Shown here: positions 23,388-32,235 of the stretch, piece after piece
Layout: each line of letters opens with the position of its first letter
How positions within the stretch are numbered: position 1 is the stretch's first letter
NCBI GenBank assembly: GCA_965652375.1
Contig: CBFGUO010000018.1
Coordinates: forward strand, 29,343 to 93,342
Direction: 5' to 3'
Source: an uncultured Opitutus sp.
GTDB lineage: Bacteria > Verrucomicrobiota > Verrucomicrobiia > Opitutales > Opitutaceae
DNA: 64,000 nt
Made by a program: the position numbers and the translations under genes
The notes under the pieces: generated by a model
What the model was told of the DNA's origin: nothing
The model's input: only the letters and a program-made list of their open reading frames with translations
Databases searched by the model: none

Positions 23388-24424
23388 CAGGCCGCGTCCT
23401 CCATTTGGCGAATGATGCGATCGACCCCGGCGCCATCGACGAGACTCCGCGCGCGGTCGGACATGCGCTGGCGTTGCGGCACGTCGGCCAACAGGGCGGC
23501 GACGTGCGGCGCTACTTCGGTCGCCCGCTGGATGTGGCGCACGATGCCGAGATCGGCGAGCGCGCGGGTGGCGGGAATCTGATTGTCGGCCACGGGCAAC
23601 ACCACGGCCGGCAGGCCGAGGTAGGCGAGTTCCCACAGCGTCGTGCCGCCCGCGGTGACCGCGAGATCGGCCCAGCTCATGAGCGTTGGCATGTTGGGAT
23701 CCGCGGTGATGAGCCGCAACCAGTTGCCGACCGTCACGGTCTCGGCGGCGAAGGCCTCAAGTTCGGCGCGGTGGCGGTGCAGCGGGCCGACGATGGCGAT
23801 CACCTCGATACCGAAAATGGTGGCCAGTTCCTGCAGGACCTCGGCCGTTTGATTGGTCGGATCGCTGCCGCCGAAGGTCACGAGTACCCGGGAGGCCAGG
23901 CTGCGCACCTGCGCGCGCGGCGGTTCACGATGCAGAAATTCATCTCGCAGCAACACAAAGGGCAGACCCAGCGCCAGCCGCCCGTCGCCTTCGCGTTTGG
24001 CGTACCAATCGGCGTTGGCCGTTACGTTTTGGTTCACCAGCAGGTCGGCGGCATAGCCGTCGAGATCGCCGCAATCGTCCAACAGCATGAGCCGGATGCC
24101 GGACTGGCGCACGCGGCGCTGCCAGTTTGCACTGAAGCGATAACCATCCGCCACGATCCAAGTCGCCGCGGTCGACCGGGCGATGTTCGCGGTCAGTTCG
24201 GCATCGGTTGCGCTGCCCACGTCGGTGACGATGGTTTCCAGCCTGCAATGGTTGCGGGTCAGCAGCTCTGCGGCGGACTCGGTCCACTCCGCGGCCACGA
24301 CCACGACGCGACCGCCGGTACGGCGCCAGCCCTGGGCGAGTGCCAGGCAACGCATCAGGTGACCGGCCCCGATGTGGGGGCTGGTGTCGACCCGGATGAC
24401 AAGCGTGGACGGGCGTTCAGACAT
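23387..24424 (-). CDS. pseG: UDP-2,4-diacetamido-2,4,6-trideoxy-beta-L-altropyranose hydrolase PseG
   Basis: LVIRVDTSPHIGAGHLMRCLALAQ N-terminus and a GT-B-like C-half (ADLAVTAGGTTLWELAYLGLP). Confidence 0.8.
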   Translation of the reverse strand: MSERPSTLVIRVDTSPHIGAGHLMRCLALAQGWRRTGGRVVVVAAEWTESAAELLTRNHCRLETIVTDVGSATDAELTANIARSTAATWIVADGYRFSANWQRRVRQSGIRLMLLDDCGDLDGYAADLLVNQNVTANADWYAKREGDGRLALGLPFVLLRDEFLHREPPRAQVRSLASRVLVTFGGSDPTNQTAEVLQELATIFGIEVIAIVGPLHRHRAELEAFAAETVTVGNWLRLITADPNMPTLMSWADLAVTAGGTTLWELAYLGLPAVVLPVADNQIPATRALADLGIVRHIQRATEVAPHVAALLADVPQRQRMSDRARSLVDGAGVDRIIRQMEDAA

Positions 24425-25106
24425 GGACGGCGGGAAAACGGGCCTCGGCGACGGCCCAATCTTCAGGAGTATCCAAGTCCTGGACACACTCACGGGGGAG
24501 CTTCACCGCGCGGCAGCGGGCTGCGAACACGATGTCGTGCCGGGCGAAGGCCGCGCGCCGGCCCCAATAGAATTGCCCGGCGTCGTGCAGGGCCTCGGGC
24601 AGATCCTGCGATCGCTTCATCATGTTCTCCGGCCAAATCATCGAGATGGTTCCGTCGGCGGAGGACTTCAGGGCGCGGTGGATCGGATATTCGAATGTCG
24701 TGACGCCGAGGACGAAGTCGGTCTCCGCGTCGGTCGCCAACAGGAAGTGGCCGGCAGCGAATGCCTCGGCCGTGATAAAGGGATTGGCGTAGGCGCAGCA
24801 GGCGAGTGCGACGCGAGAGCAGTTCTCCTCCCACCATGCCAGGGCATGTTCGACGACGGGCAGCGTGGGGGTGAAATCATCGGCGAGCGAGGCCGGGCGG
24901 CGGAACGGCGCCTCGGCACCGTGTTCTTCTGCGATGGTGGCGATCTCCTCGTCGTCGGTCGTCACCACCACGTGGTCGAAAACACCCGATTGGCGCGCGG
25001 CGGCAATCGTCCACGCGATGAGGGGGCGTCCGGCGAACAGCTTTACGTTCTTGCGCGGGATGCGTTTGCTGCCGCCGCGGGCTGGAATGATGCAAAGGGT
25101 CTTCAT
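24417..25106 (-). CDS. pseF: CMP-pseudaminic acid synthetase (acylneuraminate cytidylyltransferase family)
   Basis: MKTLCIIPARGGSKRIPRKNV signature. The ORF-track start is trimmed. Confidence 0.85.
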   Translation of the reverse strand: MKTLCIIPARGGSKRIPRKNVKLFAGRPLIAWTIAAARQSGVFDHVVVTTDDEEIATIAEEHGAEAPFRRPASLADDFTPTLPVVEHALAWWEENCSRVALACCAYANPFITAEAFAAGHFLLATDAETDFVLGVTTFEYPIHRALKSSADGTISMIWPENMMKRSQDLPEALHDAGQFYWGRRAAFARHDIVFAARCRAVKLPRECVQDLDTPEDWAVAEARFPAVHV

Positions 25107-26314
25107 GCGACGGCGAAGGTGCTGTTGGCGGGGGTGGGGTTCAGATCGAGGATGCTGGCGATGACGCGTTGCACGTCTTCGTCGGTCATCGACGGAAACA
25201 GGGGGAGACTGAGCGTGTGACGGTAGTAGTTCTCGGCTACCGGACATTTGCCGCGGCCATAGCCGTAGGTGCGGCGATACCACGGTTGCAGGTGCACGGG
25301 GATGTAGTGCACCTGGGTGCCCACGCCGGCCGCGCGCAGGCGCTGCATCACCTCCGTGCGCGTCTGGCGCAGTCGAGTAAAGTCAAGCTGGGCGACGTAG
25401 AGGTGCCAGGAGGTGAAGGACGCGTCCGCGTTGTTGCGCAGGCCCGGGGTCCTGATCCAGTTGGTCTGGCCAAAGGCGGCGTTGTAGGCGGCAACGATGG
25501 CCCGGCGCCGGTCCAACGTTTCCGGCAGGCGGTCGAGTTGAGACAGTCCGAGCGCGCACTGCAGGTCGGTCAGGCGGTAGTTGTAGCCCAGCTCCTGCAT
25601 TTCGTAGACCCATGGTCCCTCGTCCTCGCGGAACTGCGTGAACTGGACCGGGTCACGTTCCACCCCATGCGAGCGCAGGCGACGGGCGGCGGCGGCCCAG
25701 TCGGCGTGATTTGTCAGCATCATCCCGCCTTCGCCCGTGGTGAGGGTTTTGACCGGGTGAAAACTGAACACGGTAGCGTCGGCCCACGGGTGGCCGCCGA
25801 TCCTGAATATCTGGTCATGGTGGTCGGGGTGGGTGAACGCGCCGCCGATGGCGTGGCTGGCGTCTTCGATGATCACGGCGCCGCGCTCGCGGGCCAGGGA
25901 GGCGATGGCCGGCAGGTCAGCGGTCTGCCCGGCGAAATCGACCGGGATGACGGCGCGGACATCGGGCTTCCAGGTTTCGGCCAGGGCATCGGGTGACAGC
26001 GTGTAGTCGGTCGCGTCAATGTCCGCAAAGTCCGGCGTGGCGCCGGCCATCGCAGCCACGTTGGCCGAGGAGAGGAAGGTATTGGGAGAGGTGACGACAC
26101 GATCGCCCGGCCCGATGCCGGCGACGCGAAGCGCGAGGTGCAGGGCAGCGGTGGCGCTGTTGACAGCGACGGCATGGCGGGCACCGCAAAGTTCGGCGAT
26201 GCGTTGCTCAAAGCGTTCGATCAACGGTCCCTGGGTGAGGTAGTCCGAGCGTAGCACCGCGGTGACAGCGGCGATATCGTCATCGGTGATGGTCTGGCGT
26301 CCGTAGGGAAGCAT
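25103..26314 (-). CDS. pseC: PLP-dependent aminotransferase PseC (DegT/DnrJ/EryC1 family)
   Basis: LPYGRQTITDDDI...YLTQGP... and FSFHPVKTLTTGEGG (PLP lysine). Confidence 0.85.
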   Translation of the reverse strand: MLPYGRQTITDDDIAAVTAVLRSDYLTQGPLIERFEQRIAELCGARHAVAVNSATAALHLALRVAGIGPGDRVVTSPNTFLSSANVAAMAGATPDFADIDATDYTLSPDALAETWKPDVRAVIPVDFAGQTADLPAIASLARERGAVIIEDASHAIGGAFTHPDHHDQIFRIGGHPWADATVFSFHPVKTLTTGEGGMMLTNHADWAAAARRLRSHGVERDPVQFTQFREDEGPWVYEMQELGYNYRLTDLQCALGLSQLDRLPETLDRRRAIVAAYNAAFGQTNWIRTPGLRNNADASFTSWHLYVAQLDFTRLRQTRTEVMQRLRAAGVGTQVHYIPVHLQPWYRRTYGYGRGKCPVAENYYRHTLSLPLFPSMTDEDVQRVIASILDLNPTPANSTFAVA

Positions 26315-26339
26315 CGGGGACCAAGCGTGCGTCGGCGGT

Positions 26340-27446
26340 TCAGGCGACTTGCCAGACTTGCTCGCCGGCGACGGTGCCGGCGGGCTGCGGGGCGCGCAGG
26401 GGGAGGGGGACGGGCTGACCGGTGGCGAGCAGGTGTTCGACGATCATGGTGCGTAGCTCGCCCACACTGAGGAAGTCCTCGTTGGCGCCGCTTTCGTAGT
26501 GAAAGCCCGCCGCCACCCGCGTGCCGTGGTTGGTCTGGCAGTATTGATCGACCGAATACGAGGCACCGGTCGGGAGGATGGCGTAGTAGTCACCGAGGTC
26601 GACGGTGTTGAGGCTGTCGGAAGGCGTGATCATCTCTTCGTGGATCTTCTCGCCGGGGCGGATTCCGATCACGCGGTGTTCACAGTCGGGGCCGATCGCC
26701 TGGGCGAGGTCGGTGATGCGGTAGGAGGGAATCTTGGGTACGAGGATTTCACCGCCCCAGGCGTGGGCGATGCTCCACAGGACCATCTCCACCCCTTCCT
26801 GCAGCGAAATGTTGAAGCGGGTCATGTTGGGGTCGGTGATCGGCAGGACGCCGGTCTTGCGCTTCTCCAGGAAGAACGGGATGACCGAACCGCGGCTGCC
26901 CATGACGTTGCCGTAGCGCACCACCGAAAAACGCAGGTCGCGGCTGCCGCGGATGTTGTTGGCGGCGACGAAGAGTTTGTCGGAGCAGAGCTTGGTGGCG
27001 CCGTAGAGGTTGATGGGCGCGGCGGCCTTGTCGGTCGAGAGGGCGACGACGCGACGCACGCCGGAATCGAGGCAGGCCTCGATGAGGTTGTTGGCACCGA
27101 GCACGTTGGTCTTGATGCACTCGAAGGGGTTGTATTCCGCGGTGGGGACCTGCTTGAGGGCGGCGGCGTGCACGACGATGTCGATGCCCTCGAGGGCGCG
27201 GCGCAGGCGTTTCTCGTCGCGGATGTCGCCGATGAAGTAGCGGATGGCCTTGTGCTCGCGCGGGGAGAACTCCTGCGCCATCTCGAACTGCTTGAGTTCG
27301 TCGCGCGAGTAGATGACGAGCCGCTTCACTTTGGGGTGGCGTTCGAGCACGGTGCGCACGAAGGCCTTGCCGAACGAGCCGGTGCCGCCGGTGAGCAGAA
27401 TGGAGGCCTGGTCGAGCGGGTTCGAGGAGTTCGATGACTTGTTCAT
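26340..27446 (-). CDS. pseB: UDP-N-acetylglucosamine 4,6-dehydratase (inverting) PseB
   Basis: ILLTGGTGSFGKAF, YSRDELKQ and YGATK match the FlaA1/PseB-type short dehydratase. A ~35-aa C-terminal tail follows. Confidence 0.85.
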   Translation of the reverse strand: MNKSSNSSNPLDQASILLTGGTGSFGKAFVRTVLERHPKVKRLVIYSRDELKQFEMAQEFSPREHKAIRYFIGDIRDEKRLRRALEGIDIVVHAAALKQVPTAEYNPFECIKTNVLGANNLIEACLDSGVRRVVALSTDKAAAPINLYGATKLCSDKLFVAANNIRGSRDLRFSVVRYGNVMGSRGSVIPFFLEKRKTGVLPITDPNMTRFNISLQEGVEMVLWSIAHAWGGEILVPKIPSYRITDLAQAIGPDCEHRVIGIRPGEKIHEEMITPSDSLNTVDLGDYYAILPTGASYSVDQYCQTNHGTRVAAGFHYESGANEDFLSVGELRTMIVEHLLATGQPVPLPLRAPQPAGTVAGEQVWQVA

Positions 27447-27465
27447 GAGAATATCGGGCGGGGGT

Positions 27466-28632
27466 TCAGGCGGCGCGGAGGGCGGCCGGGGTGTGGCGGT
27501 CCAGAACGGTAAGGGTGTGGGCGATCATCTGCTCGACGCGGAACAGTTGGCGGGCCCGGGCATGCGAGGCGGCGCCGAGGCGGGCACGCAACGCGGCGTC
27601 GGCGCTCCAGGCGCGGAAGGTGTCGGCCAGCTGGGCCACGGCGGCCGGGGCGCGTTTGGCGGGATCGGGCAAGAGCTGGCCCGTGTCGCCCAGCTCCTCG
27701 GGGATGCCGCTGATGGCGGTGGCGACCACGGGCAGTCCCTTGGCCATCGCTTCCATGATCGCGATGGGCATGCCTTCGCTGAGGGAGGTGAGCGTGAAAA
27801 TGTCGGCGGCGTTCAACCAGGGCGTGACGTCGGTCTGGTGGCCGATGAGGCGGATGCGCTGGGTGAGGCCGAGGCGCTTGATCTCAGTAATGAGTTGTTC
27901 GCCAAGTTCGCCGGTGCCGGCCCACACGCAGACCAGATTGGTGGCGGCCTGCTGCTTCGCGAGGTGGGCGATGGCGTGGAGCTGAATCACGTGGCCCTTG
28001 ACGGCAGACAGGCGGGCGGCGGTGAAGCTCACCACGGCGTCGGCTGGGATGCGGTGCTGGGCGCGCAGGCGTTGGCGGGTCTCATGGTCGCGCGGCGCGA
28101 AGAAGGATTCCGGCACGCCGTAGAAGACGACCTCGCCCTTGTCGGAGGGCAGGCGGAACACGCGGCGCAGCAACTCGAGGTTTTCCGAGGAAACGGCGAT
28201 CACTGCGCGCGCGTGCTGGTATTGGCGGGCAAGCACGGGCAGGCAGGCGGCAAAGCGTTCGGCGAGGTAGGCGGCGACGAATCCGACCGTGATCACGAAC
28301 GGGATCTCGCGAGAAATGGCGACGTGCTTTGCGGCCATGTTGGAGACCGGACAGCAATCGGAGAACAGCACGAAGTCGGGATCGAGCCGGCTGAACGCGC
28401 GCTCGGCGTCGGCGGTGTCGGTGATGGTGCGCGGGAAGTTGGTGCCGGTGTCGTAGCTGATCCACTCGTGGCCGATGCCGAGTTCACGTTGCGCGGCGAT
28501 GACCGGGTGCTCGCTGGGCGTCTGCACGATCGTCACCTGGTGACCGGCCGCCACGAGACCGCGGGCGATGCGGTCGTTGTAGCTGGCCACGCCGCCCTTG
28601 TCGGGGTCGTCGGTGTAGATGGCGATGTGCAT
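27466..28632 (-). CDS. GT4-family glycosyltransferase
   Basis: MHIAIYTDDPDKGGV... and TSLSEGMPIAIMEAMAKGLPVV (E-x7-E). The ORF-track start at 28932 is trimmed. Confidence 0.85.
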   Translation of the reverse strand: MHIAIYTDDPDKGGVASYNDRIARGLVAAGHQVTIVQTPSEHPVIAAQRELGIGHEWISYDTGTNFPRTITDTADAERAFSRLDPDFVLFSDCCPVSNMAAKHVAISREIPFVITVGFVAAYLAERFAACLPVLARQYQHARAVIAVSSENLELLRRVFRLPSDKGEVVFYGVPESFFAPRDHETRQRLRAQHRIPADAVVSFTAARLSAVKGHVIQLHAIAHLAKQQAATNLVCVWAGTGELGEQLITEIKRLGLTQRIRLIGHQTDVTPWLNAADIFTLTSLSEGMPIAIMEAMAKGLPVVATAISGIPEELGDTGQLLPDPAKRAPAAVAQLADTFRAWSADAALRARLGAASHARARQLFRVEQMIAHTLTVLDRHTPAALRAA

Positions 28633-28682
28633 TCGGTGAGGGAGGAAGGAGGAGTAAAAGTGAAAGGGACGTGCTCCAGGTC

Positions 28683-29579
28683 TCAGGCGGCGCGGCGTTG
28701 GTTCAGGCGCGCTCCGATGACGGTGAGGCAGGCGCGTTCGTTGAGGTGCCGGGTCTTGACTTCGGGCAAACCGGTGAGTTGGCCGGCGATGTGTCGCAGG
28801 GAGAACAGCCGGGCTTCGGCCAGCAGGTCGGCGGGCAACACGATCTCGGTCTCGGTATCCCGCGTGAGGACGGTCAGGCGCTCCGCCTCCTGCACGGTGG
28901 TAAAGGTCGCCCGACGGCGGTCCACGCCCCACGGACTGGCGTGGGCGAGATAGGCGTTGCGCATCTCGTTGTAGAGGGGATCACGTTCGATGCGGGCGGC
29001 GACGTTGGAGGCAGGAGCGACGTCAAATTGATTGGAGACGCGCTCCTCCTGCGTGTGGTCGATGAAGTCGAGCAGGTCGGGCGTGATTTCCTCACGCGCG
29101 AATCCGGCAGCGATGAGCCGGTCATAGAAATCCTCATCGTCGCGGCCGTAGGTACGGATGATTTCCGAGTAGCCGTTCACAGCCTCGAACTGGTCCTTGC
29201 TGAAGAAGCACTGGCCGTTGACGGAAGGTTTTCCGACGGCTGAACCCGACCGCCAGTGCCCGGCGCGAAAATGAGCGGCGTCCGGAGTGAGCTGGAGCAG
29301 GCTGGCCTGCGGCAGGCAGTCGGCGTCGCACTTGAGGATGAGCGGTTTGGTGGCGTGCCGGACTCCGATGTTGTAGGCGTAGGAGAGGATCCAGCGCGGT
29401 TCGTCGGTCACGCGCACGATGCGCACCCGCGGGTCGAGGTCGCGCAGGTCGTCGAGCGGACGGTCGTTCGACCAGTCGACGACGATGACTTCGTCGATGC
29501 CCGCCAAGCCCAGCCAGTGCGGCAGCGAGCGGCGGAGGTGCTGCTCGCGGTTTTTGCAGGCGGTGACGAGGGAAACCAT
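28683..29579 (-). CDS. GT2/GT7-like glycosyltransferase
   Basis: VSLVTACKNREQHL..., CDADC (DxD-like) and YGRDDEDFYDRL, as in galactosyltransferase-C-type domains. Confidence 0.65.
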   Translation of the reverse strand: MVSLVTACKNREQHLRRSLPHWLGLAGIDEVIVVDWSNDRPLDDLRDLDPRVRIVRVTDEPRWILSYAYNIGVRHATKPLILKCDADCLPQASLLQLTPDAAHFRAGHWRSGSAVGKPSVNGQCFFSKDQFEAVNGYSEIIRTYGRDDEDFYDRLIAAGFAREEITPDLLDFIDHTQEERVSNQFDVAPASNVAARIERDPLYNEMRNAYLAHASPWGVDRRRATFTTVQEAERLTVLTRDTETEIVLPADLLAEARLFSLRHIAGQLTGLPEVKTRHLNERACLTVIGARLNQRRAA

Positions 29580-29603
29580 GACGGCGGCCGCGGTCGGAAG
29601 AGG

Positions 29604-31967
29604 TTAACCGGCGATTTCGAATCGGCCGTCCGGATCACTCGGCGGCAACGTGGTCAGGAAGTCGGTGACGCGGGGGTCATGGGCGGCGACCTGGTTGAGC
29701 ACCTCGACAATCTGGCCGAGCAGCTCCGTGTGATTCGCATCGCGCGCCAGCTCACCGAGCATGAGCCAGGAATCGAGGTCGGTCGTGTTGAGACGGATGG
29801 CGGTTTCGAGCGCGGTGATGGCGTCGGCCGGGTTGCCCGATTGGGCGAAGGCAGTGGCGAGTTCGCGCCAGATGGCGGCGCCGGCTTCGCCACTCTGAAC
29901 CACGCCGAGCAGATAGAGAGCGGCACGATCGTGGCGCTGCAGCGCGGCGCTGGCTCGGGCCATGATGAGCCGAGCGGTCTCGGATTGAGGCAAAACGCCG
30001 AGCACACGTGATGCCTGAGCGATTGCATCGTCCGGCAGGCCTGCTTCCAGGAGGCTCGCCGCGGTGGCGAGGGCGGTGTCATTATCCTCGTCCAGGCCGG
30101 CCGTCAGGATCTCACGGTTGGCGCGGAATCCCTGAGGACCGGCCTCGCTGAGCGTTTCGTAGGCGTGCATGACCAGGGCGGCGAACGCATCGCTGGCGGC
30201 GAGCGAGTCGAGGAACGCCGGAGTGCCGTTCATGGCAGTGCGGAGCCGTGTGACCAGGGCGGCGCGAGCGCTTTCGTCGGCGGCAAGCGCCGCAGCGCGA
30301 GTGAGGGCCTCGTCGGCGTTCTGAAAAACGCAGTCGTCGAGGTCCAGGGCGCGCAACAGGCCGGCGGTGCGTCGGGAGCGTCGGGTCGGGCCCTCCCGGG
30401 TCAGCACCGGCAGGCGAGCGTGCAGGGCCACCAGGGCGGCGTGATCATCGGCAACCGGATAGGTGTCGAGATAGAGGTCGGCGAGTTGCAGCAATCCGGC
30501 AAGATCGGTGAGCGAATCGGGCGTATCGGTCACGATATGCAGGCGTTCGGCGGTGACACCCACCGCGGCGAGTGCATCCAGAAAGCGTGACTCGAGCTGG
30601 TCGTTGGACAGCTCTTCGGCCATGGGCCGGAAAACGATGAGATGGGAGTCCGGCGTCGCGGCGAGCAGGCGCGCCCATTGCTCTCGAACTTCCGCGGTGA
30701 GGCAGGGCGTGGCAGCGGCGCTGGTGAACACCACGGCATCCGTCGGAATGTCGAGGGCGTCACGGCTCCAATGCGGTTCGCTCGGCTCGTTGAGTTCTGC
30801 GCCGAAGGTGTAGGCCGTGCCCGTGCCGGGCAACAAGGCGAGGCGTTCGCTGTAGTCCGCTCCGGGATCGTCGGTCCGCTCAGTTCGGTCACCGGAAATA
30901 AACAAATCGATTTCCGGCAGGCCGGTGGTGGCGGGGCAGAGGGGAGTGGCGACCTGCAGCGGCGCCACGCGATGGGAGGCGAGCACGGCGAGCTGATCGT
31001 TTGCGGTGCTGAGGTCGCCGGCGAACACCAGCACGTCGAGGCCGGCGAGTTGCAGCGTCGAAAGCTGCCCGGAGAGATCGGTGCCGAGTGGATTGTATTC
31101 CGAAGCCCGCAGGCGGCAGTGGGTCGCGAACTCGTCGTTGGCGTCTTCGAGCGGGAAGAGCGCGAGTTCGAAGCGCTGCGGATCGAGGTTTTCGAACAAC
31201 GGCAGCGTGGCAAAGGTCTCGAATGAAGCGCCGAAGGAGTGGGCGACGAATCCGAGACGCAGCGGCCGACCGAAGAGCGCGAAAGCCTCCGGCGGAATCG
31301 CATTGCGGGCGTCGGTGCTCAGGATGCGCTTCAGGATGCGACCGCGGGCTTCGGCATGTCGCCGCAGGTTGCCGGATCCCGCGATCAGCGGAGTGAGGTT
31401 GCCCACCTCGAGATAGGCGGTGACGGCGGCCCGAACTGCGGCGGAACCGCCGTTGCGCTCCACCCACTTGGCGAGCGACTCCAGACGAGGCAGGATGGCG
31501 TCGGCATAACGATCGGCGTCGCCTACCTTCACGAAGGCATGCGGAGGCGCGAAGGACCAGCGGGCATAGGTTCCCAGCAGCGCGTTGGGCACCGCGTCGA
31601 ACTCGGGGGCGTGGGTCCAGCGCCAGGCCGGAGCCAGCAGCATGCCGGCCACCAGCGAGCTCGCGCCGGAGCCTTGGCAGCGCTCGAGCAGGGCGGCTTC
31701 CTCGGAGTCGTGCGGCAGGTCATGCAGGGGGCTGGTGACTACGGCTTCCAGATTGCCGAGAATGGACGCCGCCAGCGGATCGCGCTCGGTTCCTTCGAGA
31801 ACGGCGCGGGCCAGGTCGAGCCGCGCGGTGCGGAACGTGGCGATGGCGGCTGGATCGGTGGGGGCGGACGCAGCGGCCAGGAGGGCGGCTTCAAAACGGG
31901 TGGTAAGCAGGGACGTGGCGCTGGGCGCAGAGACGACCTTGGAAGCGGCGGCGACGGGCAAAATCAT
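29604..31967 (-). CDS. Divergent GT41/SPY-like glycosyltransferase with permuted architecture (TPRs at the C-terminus)
   Basis: 787 aa. The middle region is homologous to the two neighbours (RLGFVAHSFG...LPLFENLDPQRFEL...; FTSAAATPCLTAEVREQWARLL...), but it has YPVADDHAALVALHARLPVL where they have YHGTTTTCEALWMGRPVV. TPR-like helices occupy the last ~170 aa. Confidence 0.7.
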   Translation of the reverse strand: MILPVAAASKVVSAPSATSLLTTRFEAALLAAASAPTDPAAIATFRTARLDLARAVLEGTERDPLAASILGNLEAVVTSPLHDLPHDSEEAALLERCQGSGASSLVAGMLLAPAWRWTHAPEFDAVPNALLGTYARWSFAPPHAFVKVGDADRYADAILPRLESLAKWVERNGGSAAVRAAVTAYLEVGNLTPLIAGSGNLRRHAEARGRILKRILSTDARNAIPPEAFALFGRPLRLGFVAHSFGASFETFATLPLFENLDPQRFELALFPLEDANDEFATHCRLRASEYNPLGTDLSGQLSTLQLAGLDVLVFAGDLSTANDQLAVLASHRVAPLQVATPLCPATTGLPEIDLFISGDRTERTDDPGADYSERLALLPGTGTAYTFGAELNEPSEPHWSRDALDIPTDAVVFTSAAATPCLTAEVREQWARLLAATPDSHLIVFRPMAEELSNDQLESRFLDALAAVGVTAERLHIVTDTPDSLTDLAGLLQLADLYLDTYPVADDHAALVALHARLPVLTREGPTRRSRRTAGLLRALDLDDCVFQNADEALTRAAALAADESARAALVTRLRTAMNGTPAFLDSLAASDAFAALVMHAYETLSEAGPQGFRANREILTAGLDEDNDTALATAASLLEAGLPDDAIAQASRVLGVLPQSETARLIMARASAALQRHDRAALYLLGVVQSGEAGAAIWRELATAFAQSGNPADAITALETAIRLNTTDLDSWLMLGELARDANHTELLGQIVEVLNQVAAHDPRVTDFLTTLPPSDPDGRFEIAG

Positions 31968-31980
31968 GGTGCGTGCCCGG

Positions 31981-31996
31981 ATGCATGAGCAGTGCC
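31981..31996 (-). promoter_or_regulatory. sigma-54 promoter for the 29604-31967 gene and the downstream operon
   Basis: Reverse strand reads TGGCAC-tgctc-ATGCA with correct GG-N10-GC geometry. The C of the GC lies 15 nt upstream of the ATG at 31967. Confidence 0.55.
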
Positions 31997-32146
31997 ACAG
32001 ATTCTACACGATATGTAAGTGACGGAAAATCAACCGGAAGAAAATCAAACAGCTTGCTCCGGGAGGGCAGAAATCGGCCCGACAACATTCCAAGGACCGG
32101 GATCGGCAGGTTTTGCCTGCGGAGGGGGAAAGGTCGGGGGCGCCGA

Positions 32147-32216
32147 GAATTTTGTCACCTATTGGGTGACAAGCGGCCGGGGGCGGCAGGAATTTTGTCA
32201 CCTATTGGGTGACAAG
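32147..32216. promoter_or_regulatory. Tandem 43-bp repeat carrying two copies of the dyad TTGTCACC-tattg-GGTGACAA (candidate enhancer/UAS)
   Basis: GAATTTTGTCACCTATTGGGTGACAAG occurs identically at 32147-32173 and 32190-32216. The dyads are centred ~170 and ~215 nt upstream of the sigma-54 promoter. The CACC-N5-GGTG core is as in enteric NtrC sites. Confidence 0.55.
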
Positions 32217-32235
32217 GGGTCGGGGGTGGGTGCGG

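Noticed and set aside
32147-32216. The TTGTCACC/GGTGACAA hairpins as intrinsic terminators ending the two upstream GT genes.
   Set aside because: The stems are only 8 bp with no downstream U-tract on the transcribed (minus) strand. Identical duplication at a helical-turn spacing upstream of a sigma-54 promoter fits an enhancer better. A terminator role is not excluded.
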